Positions 1 to 8,953 of a stretch of 64,000 bases of DNA are shown piece by piece. Source of the DNA: a virus; the IMG/VR virus record IMGVR_UViG_3300045988_094874, positions 231 through 64,230 of that record, one strand, 5' to 3'. The notes under the pieces were generated by a model. It did not search any database. It was not told where the DNA came from and saw nothing but the letters and a program-made list of their open reading frames with translations. Each line of letters begins with the position of its first letter. Position 1 is the stretch's first letter. The position numbers were made by a program, and so were the translations under genes.

Positions 1-1
1 C

Positions 2-679
2 ATGGCAGGCACAGGCTCGTTAAAGGTCTCTAGCAAGTCCACAAAAGCGTTATTTGAAGTCCTAGGGGAAAGTACCACGGTATCTGTTTTCTACAGCAGA
101 ATGGCTGAATATGTGCGTTCTGAGGTGTATCTTGATGGAGACCATATAAATATCCAGAAATTCTTCCCTGATGTACCGTTCTGGGAAATGGACCCTGCCT
201 CTGTGTATATGTATCAGACAGGAAAGACATTTGTTAAGGGAGGACTATTGTACTTGTGGTATAAGAAGTATAATATTTCAGGTCCTACTACATGGTTTGA
301 GGGCTATGAGAGCTATTTGAAGGAATACTTTGAGCTTCACAGTGAATATGGTGCATTTATTTACAATCCTATGCTAAGGGCTGACGCCTCAAAGGCTGTG
401 AAAAGGTTATTCGGGAACATTAAGAAGGCACAGGCTCACTTTGGACTCTCTCATACACAGTGGTTCTGGTGGTGGAAACGTAGCACAGAGGAAATAGATG
501 AATTATCTAACTGGCTTGTGGAATACTATGGTGTGTCTCATGCTGAGGTGCTAGGCTCTAGGAATATGGAAGCATTCAGGGACAACTTTAGGGACAAGAA
601 TACACAGGAAAGAATATCTAAGGAGTTCATTGAGGACTTTGATGACACAGTGAGATACCTTAAAATTGAATATACATAA
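2..679 (+). CDS. hypothetical protein, 5'-truncated at the window edge
   Basis: Long ORF with a WFWWWK tract; an intrinsic terminator follows directly. No recognisable motif. Confidence 0.5.
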   Translation: MAGTGSLKVSSKSTKALFEVLGESTTVSVFYSRMAEYVRSEVYLDGDHINIQKFFPDVPFWEMDPASVYMYQTGKTFVKGGLLYLWYKKYNISGPTTWFEGYESYLKEYFELHSEYGAFIYNPMLRADASKAVKRLFGNIKKAQAHFGLSHTQWFWWWKRSTEEIDELSNWLVEYYGVSHAEVLGSRNMEAFRDNFRDKNTQERISKEFIEDFDDTVRYLKIEYT

Positions 680-680
680 A

Positions 681-707
681 AGGACCTATCACAGGTCCTA
701 TTTCTTT
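681..707 (+). terminator. rho-independent terminator
   Basis: AGGACCT-atcac-AGGTCCT hairpin followed by a T-rich tract, immediately after the stop at 679. Confidence 0.6.
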
Positions 708-1200
708 ACTCTATACTCTATCACCTATTATCTACTCCTTCGTTACACTCAGGGTAGATAATATAATTCTAAGCTCATAAACATAGCGGGGCTATGTTTA
801 TTCACTAAGAATTATATATTATATAAATGAATATTAATTATGCATATTATTAGTATCATATTCATTAGTATAATTTATATACATACCACATGATACAACA
901 CCGCCGCACCGATACTGCAAGTATAACGATTTTTTGCCGTTTTGTCAACTAAAACACTACACTTTTTATTTTATGCATTTTACCCCTACTTTATGCACGA
1001 AATATCCAGAATTATGCATAAAACTAGTAAATTTAGTAGGATAAAGGGGTAAATATTATAGTTAGATAGATAAATGAGTAATAAATCTATGTAACTAGGT
1101 ATAAAGTATATGTAAGAGACCATAGAATAGTATCAGTTTTTCTTAAAAATGTTACATAACTTTTCTTAAACTAATTTATTATGCTATAATATCCTTCAAG

Positions 1201-1332
1201 TTATCCACAGAAAGGGCTAGTTATCCACAGTTTTTGTTACAAATAAATTACAAAATTGAGTTATGTTACTTTTTGGTAACATTGTGAAATTGTGAAATGG
1301 CTTAGTGACGGGCTTTATAAGAGTTATCCACA
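1201..1332 (+). promoter_or_regulatory. cluster of three perfect DnaA boxes (TTATCCACA) at 1201-1209, 1221-1229 and 1324-1332
   Basis: Three exact matches to the 9-mer consensus in the same orientation within 132 bp of AT-rich non-coding DNA. Confidence 0.6.
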
Positions 1333-1512
1333 GGGTAATCATAGAGAATGCACAAATTTAATATTATACTAAAATATCTATAAATAAATTATACTATATT
1401 CATTTTGAAAAATTGGAGGCTATTTTAGTACCAGAAAAGGGTCACAGGATAACCCTTCAACTCATACTTGCGTATTCGTGGAAGGTTATCTTGGAAGACT
1501 AACGCAGACTTC

Positions 1513-1930
1513 CTCGCAGGGCTCGTTGTCTTTGTTATATTACTAAGCTCATAATACTCCTCGCAGAGCTCGTAGTATTATTTCACTAAGTAATATACAG
1601 CCCTGTGTCATTATCTGAGCCTTGAAGAGGGGAAGAGGTCATTCTTGTATAACTTAGTATCATACAATCCCCTGTGTCTTATTAGGACCTTATAGTAGTG
1701 CTTTAGTGGCTTCTAAGAGCTCATAGAAAGCCCTGTATTCAATTTTAGTGTCTTCTGAGGGGTATTATACTGGAGAGATAAAATAGAGCCTTATATGAGC
1801 TAATTTATAGCTCGTTTAGTACCAGAGATAGGATTATTCTCTCAGCTCATTGCATTCGCAGAGAATAATATTCTACTAATATTCATAGATATACTCGCAT
1901 AGCTCATTGCATTCGCAGAATAGCTCGTAT
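1513..1930. repeat. degenerate direct repeat families in a non-coding region
   Basis: CCTCGCAG(G/A)GCTCGT at 1513 and 1559. AGCTCATTGCATTCGCAGA at 1845 and 1902. (A)GCCCTGT(G/A)T recurs at about 1601, 1668 and 1731. Confidence 0.55.
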
Positions 1931-2581
1931 ATCCATTCATAAAGTAGAATACACAGAACTTAAAAATACGATTTAAATAGTACCTTCGGTACAAGGGATA
2001 CGAACTTAATAAATCCTTATGTACCAAGGCATTGGGGAATAAATATGAATTAAATCATATTATACGAATTATATCGAATACTAAAAACAAACCGTTCGGT
2101 CGGTTTTTAAATAGATATGAATGGTGGATAGAGGAATTGGGATGGGACAAGCCCAGTCCATTTTTTAATTGGGGTAGGAACAAGTCCCAGAGGATATGTG
2201 ATTGGTATAGTACAAATACATGGAAGGTGGAAAGGGGAATAAATAGTATAATATATTAGTAATAAAAATTTTTGAATGGTAAATAGGGAAATCAGACCTC
2301 CCTCCCTCCGTCTCCCTTTTTTAATCGACCTTTTTCTTTATACCTTTTTAACCAAGGAAAAATATACCACTTCTTTTTACTAAAAAGTAAAGGGTAAGGT
2401 GATGTAAAGCCCGTCATGACAACGTTCCTGAGGGCGACATGGAAAAATGTTAGGTGAGGTGGTATGGTATATATGGAAGATAATGAGAGAAAGTGATAGA
2501 AAAAGATAGTTTTCTACCTCCTTCCCCATGTCAAATATATCTGACAAAAATTAGTCTATTTTTCATCCTCTCACTTGCCTA

Positions 2582-2634
2582 CCCTTATAGCTAAAAACTA
2601 TATACCCTTATAGCTAAAAACTATTAGCTAAAAT
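2582..2634 (+). repeat. tandem direct repeat (2.5 copies) immediately upstream of a promoter
   Basis: CCCTTATAGCTAAAAACTAT at 2582-2601 and 2605-2624, with a partial third copy TAGCTAAAA. Confidence 0.6.
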
Positions 2635-2646
2635 GCATAAAAGTTG

Positions 2647-2675
2647 TTGACAACAAGGTTAGAAGATGGTATACT
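2647..2675 (+). promoter_or_regulatory. sigma70/sigmaA-type promoter (TTGACA-17 nt-TATACT)
   Basis: Perfect -35 hexamer, 17-nt spacer, near-consensus -10 hexamer. It faces an ORF-free stretch of about 620 nt. Confidence 0.6.
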
Positions 2676-2679
2676 AGTA

Positions 2680-3290
2680 TCATAAAGATAAGGAAATATG
2701 ACAGAGGTCATAAGATACTGAGGCTATCCTCAACTGTCTAGCTCTTTGAAAAGTACAATAAGACAAGGGAGAACAAGCGCCCTACTGAAAGACTTGCAAA
2801 GACTTGCTGGAGTAGCTCAGAGGCGACCGGAGAAGTAAGCAGGTGAGAGAGTAAGATAGCTTATTCCATGACCACCTGACCAGGACAAAGGCGTACTAAG
2901 TGAAAAGCAAGCCAACCGACAACAACTTATTAGCTAGTGCACTATAGCAAAGCCCAGCATATAAAGCAATGAGCCTCTGACTATGCAAGATATACTGTTA
3001 GTTTGAATATATAGCCTTCTGTGCTATCACTATCAAACAATAGGACAGTCACTACTTACAGACATCAAGCCCATTGCTTCGACGTTCAAATAATTGGGAT
3101 TGCTTGCACTAGCTCACGAACGAAATAATATTATATATCAATAAAACCGCTGTGTCTGTAGGATTAAAGACTAACAGTCAAAACAAATACGCAGGCACTA
3201 TATGAAATAATAAATATGCAACCGAAATATATCAGGCTTTGGGAGTGTAACAGTTCCTAGAGTCATAGCCCGAACACAAGGGCACTATAA
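2680..3290 (+). ncRNA. candidate non-coding RNA or long structured leader transcribed from the 2647 promoter
   Basis: Neither strand has an ORF of 60 aa or more between 2259 and 3310. GC is higher and sequence complexity greater than in the AT-rich flanks. Confidence 0.3.
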
Positions 3291-3309
3291 TTAAAAGGAG
3301 TCATGCACT

Positions 3310-3525
3310 ATGACAAAACTACTCTCAGGGCTCACAATAGCCCTTCTCCTGTGTATCTGGGGCTATTCTAGTTCTCAGCCTAACACAGGGCAGATAATGG
3401 CTAAATTTAGCCAACAAGGCAACTACTTTCTACAGGTTGTAGGCGATAATGGAGAGCTTCTAAATATCCCTACAGACTACAAAACCTATACAGCCTCACA
3501 GAAGGGGCAAATGATACCGCAATAA
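3310..3525 (+). CDS. small secreted/lipoprotein-like protein
   Basis: AAAGGAG RBS upstream. Hydrophobic N-terminus LSGLTIALLLCIWG resembles a signal peptide with a possible lipobox. Confidence 0.45.
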   Translation: MTKLLSGLTIALLLCIWGYSSSQPNTGQIMAKFSQQGNYFLQVVGDNGELLNIPTDYKTYTASQKGQMIPQ

Positions 3526-3591
3526 CATTTCAATAATTTAAAATCAAGGGGTCACATTCCCTTAATAATTCACTTAAAAGAGGTAAATATC

Positions 3592-4539
3592 ATGGAAACT
3601 TTCACAATCAACGGACTACTACGCAACTACTTTGGCACAGAAAAAATCGAGCTAGGCGAAAATAAGCCTAAACTTAGCAAGCAACTTAAGAAGCTAAAAA
3701 TCGAGGTATCAGACCTCGAAATCAAGTTTTGGGGTGAAGCTGTAACCGAACTTATTGGACTATACACAGACGCTGACTATCTCAATCTCTATGAAGGTAA
3801 CCCATATGATTATGAGTTCCCTGTGAAATTCTCAGCAGAATTACCGACCTATGATGAACAAGATGAGTGGGCTTTTGATGGCTCATGCAATAATACTGAC
3901 GGGTGCGGAAATATCACAAGTACAGCCCTAGCAACCTACGAAGGGTCTCGTTATTGCTATATCTATAACACTGATGGTGAACCTACCGGACGGTTTTACT
4001 ACTTTAGCCAGCCTACAGGCTTCTGTGTTGCCGATTGGTATCGGGTATGTAACCATGGAGAATACAGCGCACCTCTTGCCCTCCTGCTTGTGCATTATGG
4101 CGTTAAGTGGGAAACCATTAGAAGCGCTAAAACTGAGGTAGGAAACCTTTACAACTCTGAGGGCTTTTGGTCTAACTTTGCTTGCGATAGAGTCATGAAG
4201 TATTTCAGCCCTGACTTTGACTTTGAGGCTGTTCAATTTAAGGACTTAAACGAGCTAAATTTGGTGGAAGAGGGATTGATTTACATTGAAAATGAAGGCT
4301 GGGTGTCAGAAGATGAAGTCGTATTTTCTGATGAATATGATGAGTATATCCTAAGAGACGACGCTGTTTATGCTGACAACATAGATAGTTGGGTATATGA
4401 GGAAGATAGCCAGCTGGACGAGTGCGCAAGCTGTGGAAACCCTATCTACTTAAGCCGAAACTATATCGAAGCTAACGGTTGCGACCATTTTTGCGACCAT
4501 GATTGCCTTGAAAACTACTTCGACATTGTGGAATACTAA
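3592..4539 (+). CDS. hypothetical early protein with a WAFxxSCN domain and a C-terminal Cys/His cluster
   Basis: Strong RBS. The EWAFDGSCNNTDGCGN...CYIYN motif is also present in the 5548 ORF. C-terminal CASCGN...CDHFCDHDC. Confidence 0.6.
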   Translation: METFTINGLLRNYFGTEKIELGENKPKLSKQLKKLKIEVSDLEIKFWGEAVTELIGLYTDADYLNLYEGNPYDYEFPVKFSAELPTYDEQDEWAFDGSCNNTDGCGNITSTALATYEGSRYCYIYNTDGEPTGRFYYFSQPTGFCVADWYRVCNHGEYSAPLALLLVHYGVKWETIRSAKTEVGNLYNSEGFWSNFACDRVMKYFSPDFDFEAVQFKDLNELNLVEEGLIYIENEGWVSEDEVVFSDEYDEYILRDDAVYADNIDSWVYEEDSQLDECASCGNPIYLSRNYIEANGCDHFCDHDCLENYFDIVEY

Positions 4540-4570
4540 AGGGGGTGAAGATATAGGCGCTCTGCTTTCA

Positions 4571-4780
4571 ATGGTGCTAGGCTGTATAGCTATCTTGCTA
4601 ATCTTCCTAGCGCCTTTTATATACGCTGTGTACATGGTATATAGCTTTCTCAGTCTCCTATTCTGGAGGCTTTTTGTTAGCACTGATGAGGACTTAAGGG
4701 CAATCATTACAGCCCAAAATATTATAGTATGCCTCATCATTATGATAGTTATCTATAATACCATTATGAAAGGAGTATAA
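4571..4780 (+). CDS. small 2-TM membrane protein (start uncertain; the tracked ORF begins at 4499)
   Basis: Two hydrophobic helices. The internal Met at 4571 follows the stop of the upstream gene. Confidence 0.35.
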   Translation: MVLGCIAILLIFLAPFIYAVYMVYSFLSLLFWRLFVSTDEDLRAIITAQNIIVCLIIMIVIYNTIMKGV

Positions 4781-4784
4781 AATT

Positions 4785-5189
4785 ATGGTATATCAAATTA
4801 GTAAGGAACTCTCAGCATGGCTGGGAGAGGTCAAGGAACAAGGACGCTTCAGAGGGCGCTTAGCAGAGCTTTTCAGCGAGTTTGGCAAGGGTGAGGATAA
4901 ACCTATCGACCGAGAGCTAAACGCTATCTCAGAGGCTCTAGGAGTCTCAAAATTCATGGCTCTAGCTACCCTTTTAGTTGAGGGCTACGAGGTATCAGGA
5001 GAAGGCGAAAAAAAGGAACGCTTTTTTGAGGTAGACACTGGAGATGAAAAAATATACCGTGTACCAAATAAGGGGTTAATCCTGATGCCTAAAATTATTG
5101 GAGATACAGCAGGTTACAACTCAAAACTCACAGAGAAGGAAATGGAGGAACTAGAAGATTATGACAAACAATATGCAAGAGAGATTTGA
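4785..5189 (+). CDS. hypothetical protein
   Basis: ORF in a dense co-directional gene array. Confidence 0.5.
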   Translation: MVYQISKELSAWLGEVKEQGRFRGRLAELFSEFGKGEDKPIDRELNAISEALGVSKFMALATLLVEGYEVSGEGEKKERFFEVDTGDEKIYRVPNKGLILMPKIIGDTAGYNSKLTEKEMEELEDYDKQYAREI

Positions 5190-5526
5190 AAACTTAACGG
5201 GCCATCCTGTGGTAATTTTACATGCTGATGGTAAAGTCGCAAAACGTATCGGGGTAAGCAAACGCTATAAGCCCCTACGCTTGAAAACATATTACAAGGA
5301 TTTGGGCAAAATCCATGGTGTACCCGTGAACACTATAGGGTACGGGCTAGAAACCAAATTTTCAGAGCTGAGAGAGCTTGAAAAGAAAGATATTATCGTT
5401 TCCCTTGTGACCGCAAAAGAGCTTACACGTTTAGGGTATAAGGGCAGAATGTTTGTCCCGTGTGGCAAACAGATTGGAGCTTATGGCTTGCGAGGCTGTA
5501 CCTCATTATCACTTTACAAACGCTAA
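5161..5526 (+). CDS. hypothetical protein
   Basis: ORF with a small overlap onto its upstream neighbour. Confidence 0.45.
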   Translation: MTNNMQERFENLTGHPVVILHADGKVAKRIGVSKRYKPLRLKTYYKDLGKIHGVPVNTIGYGLETKFSELRELEKKDIIVSLVTAKELTRLGYKGRMFVPCGKQIGAYGLRGCTSLSLYKR

Positions 5527-5547
5527 AATAAGGAAGGAATTTAAACA

Positions 5548-7050
5548 ATGAAAGATACTATTTTAAATATGCTAGAACATGAGCCTCTTGTTAAAAGGGC
5601 TTTTTTGTTGCTCCTAGAAGAAACACCAGAAGACAAGAAAAATGAGCTCATGGAAGCTATTAACGCCTCTTTTGAGAGGGGAGAACCTTATCAAGAGCTA
5701 GAAAACCGGATTGATAAAATGCTCCATGATGAGTACACAGATGAGCTTAAAAAAGGCACAAAAGATGATGTATATTGGCTCATGGAACATTTTCCACTAG
5801 ATGAGCTAGGCTCAGACATTGGAAACACTAGGGGATTAGACTATCGGGCTCTGTTTCTCATTCAGTATGATAAATACGGTAATTATTTTACTGATGTAAA
5901 CAATGAAACGGAAAAATGGGTATTTATTAAGTCAGAATATCAAGCCTTTAAAAATAAAATCGCTGACCGTAGAGCCCTAAAAAATAAGCTCAAAAAACTA
6001 GAAAAACAAACACAGAAGCGCAAGGAAAATCTAAAAGAAGCCTTGATGTATCGAAAATATGAAAATATTGATAGTATCCGTCACAAGTTGCAAGCTAAAG
6101 TATCAAAAGCTATGGCAAATGAGCTACTGAAATTTGCACACAGATTGGGATATAAAAAGCCTGAACACTTTGAAGAATGGGAGTCTGTAGGTCTTCTCTG
6201 TGACTACTACCGAACAAACGTACTTACAACACCAAACTTTGGCAAAACAGTTATGGCTGTTACTATGCAGAACGTACTAAGACAATATTATAGCAATAAT
6301 GATATTGTGCTAGACCACTCTACACAAGCCCCTAAAATGTCAAAACAGCTCAAAAAAGCGGGGGTTAATCCTACAAATGAAGAGCTCATCACTTTCAATG
6401 AGTTCAAACAGTGGCTAGGCTGTGTGGCTGATGTTTCAAGACCTAATGAGGTAATTCTGTTAGACATGGGAGACTTTACAATCCCCGATAACGTGGATAA
6501 CTGGGCATTTCAAGACTCTTGCAATCAGTCTGAAAGCTGTGCAGGTAATGGAACAGCTCCTATCCTAAAACTCATGGGCTATAAGTACCTCAAAATGTAC
6601 ATATACAACCTCAATGAACAGGAAGCTACACCACTAGCACGGGCATACTTTAAAGCAAAATATGGTGAGCTTGCTCATGCTGGTATGTACTCAGATGGAC
6701 GAAACCACAAAAACAGAATTGGGTACACAGCCTATGACTTTACAAGCCTAATGCTTGCTACTGTGTTCAAGCGTAAGCTGAAACATTTCAAGAGAATTGC
6801 AGGGCAAACACTTGAAAGTGGCTCAGAATTTGATGATATGTACAGTAACACTCTTAATTATTGGTCTAATATGTCAGGAGCTAATGATTACAAGACCATG
6901 GGAACAGCCTCAATCCTAGAAGAGGATAGCTATAGTAAATGGGGTGACTATTTCTCAGACTTAGACTGTGACTTGACAAAAAATTATGATGATACAGCCG
7001 ATAAATTTGAGGAACGGATTAAACAACTAAAGGAGAAATTTAATGACTAA
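5548..7050 (+). CDS. hypothetical early protein with a WAFxxSCN domain (paralogous to 3592)
   Basis: NWAFQDSCNQSESCAGN...MYIYN aligns with the 3592 ORF. Coiled-coil, K-rich middle section. Confidence 0.6.
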   Translation: MKDTILNMLEHEPLVKRAFLLLLEETPEDKKNELMEAINASFERGEPYQELENRIDKMLHDEYTDELKKGTKDDVYWLMEHFPLDELGSDIGNTRGLDYRALFLIQYDKYGNYFTDVNNETEKWVFIKSEYQAFKNKIADRRALKNKLKKLEKQTQKRKENLKEALMYRKYENIDSIRHKLQAKVSKAMANELLKFAHRLGYKKPEHFEEWESVGLLCDYYRTNVLTTPNFGKTVMAVTMQNVLRQYYSNNDIVLDHSTQAPKMSKQLKKAGVNPTNEELITFNEFKQWLGCVADVSRPNEVILLDMGDFTIPDNVDNWAFQDSCNQSESCAGNGTAPILKLMGYKYLKMYIYNLNEQEATPLARAYFKAKYGELAHAGMYSDGRNHKNRIGYTAYDFTSLMLATVFKRKLKHFKRIAGQTLESGSEFDDMYSNTLNYWSNMSGANDYKTMGTASILEEDSYSKWGDYFSDLDCDLTKNYDDTADKFEERIKQLKEKFND

Positions 7051-8131
7051 ACTTAACACTTTTGAAAAATTATTGACTATGACACAAGGCGCACTACTTA
7101 AGAGCTTACCTGAGTACCTCTCAGAACGCTCTTATAGCGTCATAGTGACCGATTATTACATTCTGGGGGTATCACCCCTGGAAAGCATTCAACCGTGCCT
7201 AGTGGCTCATTTAGACACTATAAACACGCACAGGGGAGCAGGGTCTTATAACTACGCAACTAAACAATGGGAAACAGTACAAAAAGCAACCCCGAAAGCT
7301 CAAGACCTGATGATTTCTGACCGCTATATCACACTCAGTCCAGAAGCTAATCCAAAGCTGGCTTGCCTAGGTGCTGATGATAGGTGCGGAGTGAAAACTA
7401 TCCTTGATGTGATTGAGGCTGGCAAGCGTCCTCATGTGCTCTTTACAACTGATGAGGAAATCGGCTGTGTAGGCTCTAATAAGATTGTCACAGAAGATGA
7501 TTTGCAAGCCCTATCTGATAGCTCAATGCTCATTCAAATTGACCGGGGAGTTCATGAGGGCTTCTGGAATGAAATGGTATTTTACGAATATGATGAGAAC
7601 TCAATCCCTGAAATTCTCACAGAGCTAGAAAAATATTATACCTTAGCTGAGGGCTCATATACAGATGTCGCTGTGCTTGGTCCTGAGTATGACAAACCTA
7701 TTGTGAACTTGTCAGCGGCTTATGAGAATGAGCACACAAGGAATGAATTTATTAACCTAGAAGCCTATAAGAAAAACACAGAAGGGCTCATCTCATTCCT
7801 TACATGGCTCGAAGGTCAGAACACAGAAGACTGGAAATACACAGAGAAAGCTCCTGTGTGGTCTAGCTACGGAGCTACAGCAGGAACTTGGGAAGGTACA
7901 GACTATGCGAACTATGATGACAACACTTATCGTGATTTTGTAAAAGAAGACCTCATGTGTGTTTACTCAGGAGACACAGACGAGGCAATGGACATTATCG
8001 AAAATTGCAAAGGGTTTAAGACATGGCTAGGAGTAAGCAACAAGTCTTATCAGCTGTATAAAGACGGAGCTGTGCTAGATAGCCTGAAACAACTTGTGAC
8101 TGAGCTGGGGTTAGAATATAAACCAGCATAG
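7043..8131 (+). CDS. putative M20/M28/M42-fold Zn-metallopeptidase-like protein
   Basis: Ordered motifs HLDT (H-x-D), GADDRCG (bridging Asp), TDEEIG (Glu-Glu) and later His residues, as in dinuclear zinc aminopeptidases. Confidence 0.4.
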   Translation: MTKLNTFEKLLTMTQGALLKSLPEYLSERSYSVIVTDYYILGVSPLESIQPCLVAHLDTINTHRGAGSYNYATKQWETVQKATPKAQDLMISDRYITLSPEANPKLACLGADDRCGVKTILDVIEAGKRPHVLFTTDEEIGCVGSNKIVTEDDLQALSDSSMLIQIDRGVHEGFWNEMVFYEYDENSIPEILTELEKYYTLAEGSYTDVAVLGPEYDKPIVNLSAAYENEHTRNEFINLEAYKKNTEGLISFLTWLEGQNTEDWKYTEKAPVWSSYGATAGTWEGTDYANYDDNTYRDFVKEDLMCVYSGDTDEAMDIIENCKGFKTWLGVSNKSYQLYKDGAVLDSLKQLVTELGLEYKPA

Positions 8132-8204
8132 CAAAGTACAGATAATACACTATAAAGAAAGAGAGCTATGTGTTATTCTTTAGCTGGTATTATCTGTACT
8201 TTGG
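8132..8204. repeat. about 73-bp palindromic element, copy A
   Basis: CAAAGTACAGATAATA...TATTATCTGTACTTTG forms a perfect 16-bp inverted repeat with extra inner pairing. The same element occurs three times at 63.4-63.8 kb. Confidence 0.65.
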
Positions 8205-8212
8205 TATAAAGA

Positions 8213-8440
8213 ATGGTTATAAAGTATGTGAGAATAAAAGATACATATTATGAGGATGAAATGAGAGGTGCTGAGGGAGTTATACTAAGAGGAGATACTG
8301 AAGATGTCCTGTTAGGATTTCCTCTTAATAGTCCTTTTGGTTGGTATGACCCGGGGGAAAGTACAGAGTACAAGTGCTGGTGGATTTCTGAAGACTATTT
8401 AGAGCATATAACAACAATCACAAGGAGTGAGTTTAAATGA
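8213..8440 (+). CDS. small paralog 1 of a tandem five-gene family
   Basis: Shares VRIK.DYY.DE...G.IL..D.L(L/I)GFPL(N/D)SPFGWYD...W(W/Y)IS.(D/E)YL...RS(E/K)F(K/N) with the next gene. ATGA stop/start overlap. Confidence 0.6.
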   Translation: MVIKYVRIKDTYYEDEMRGAEGVILRGDTEDVLLGFPLNSPFGWYDPGESTEYKCWWISEDYLEHITTITRSEFK

Positions 8441-8676
8441 GCGAAACTTATGTAAGGATAAAAGGTGATTACTATCAAGATGAAATAGCAGGTCAGACAG
8501 CTGTACTGGTAGAGAAAAATTTAGGAATACTTGGTGATAGGGATTTAATTGGTTTTCCGTTGGATAGTCCTTTCGGATGGTATGATGAAGATATGAGTAC
8601 ACAGTATAATTTATGGTACATATCCCCAGAATACCTAGAGCCTGTGCAAGTATTTTCAAGGAGTAAATTCAATTGA
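8437..8676 (+). CDS. small paralog 2
   Basis: See paralog 1; the two align along most of their length. Confidence 0.6.
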   Translation: MSETYVRIKGDYYQDEIAGQTAVLVEKNLGILGDRDLIGFPLDSPFGWYDEDMSTQYNLWYISPEYLEPVQVFSRSKFN

Positions 8677-8945
8677 GGTATATTATGATAAATAAGTATA
8701 AGCTTAAAATAGGTGATTGGGTTACGGTCACTCATAATTATCAAAATAATCCAACTAATAATGAAAAAGGAGTAGTTCTCTTTGATTATGGAGACCGGAA
8801 ACTTATAGGCTTTTTCTGTGGAGGATTACGCTCAAACTCAGCTATAGAAGACTATAGAGACTCATATAAAGGGCTAAGGGCTACATGGACTATTCCCTCT
8901 CATTATTTATCTAAGAAAATAAAAACAAGAAGCAAGTTTAAGTAG
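8673..8945 (+). CDS. small paralog 3 (more diverged)
   Basis: KIGDWVTV...RKLIGFF...RSKFK. Retains the GD.V.V and (L/I)GFF segments and the K/R-S-K-F-K tail. Confidence 0.5.
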   Translation: MRYIMINKYKLKIGDWVTVTHNYQNNPTNNEKGVVLFDYGDRKLIGFFCGGLRSNSAIEDYRDSYKGLRATWTIPSHYLSKKIKTRSKFK

Positions 8946-8953
8946 GTGAGACT

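Noticed and set aside
1842-2259. ORFs 1842-2027 (-) and 2032-2259 (+) in the non-coding region.
   Set aside because: The first is made of the tandem AGCTCATTGCATTCGCAGA repeats. The second needs a TTG start and has no RBS. Both are more likely non-coding, so only their existence is noted.
3527-3575. Possible terminator hairpin AAGGGgtcacattCCCTT after the 3310 ORF.
   Set aside because: The stem is only 5 bp and no T-tract follows, so it was not called.
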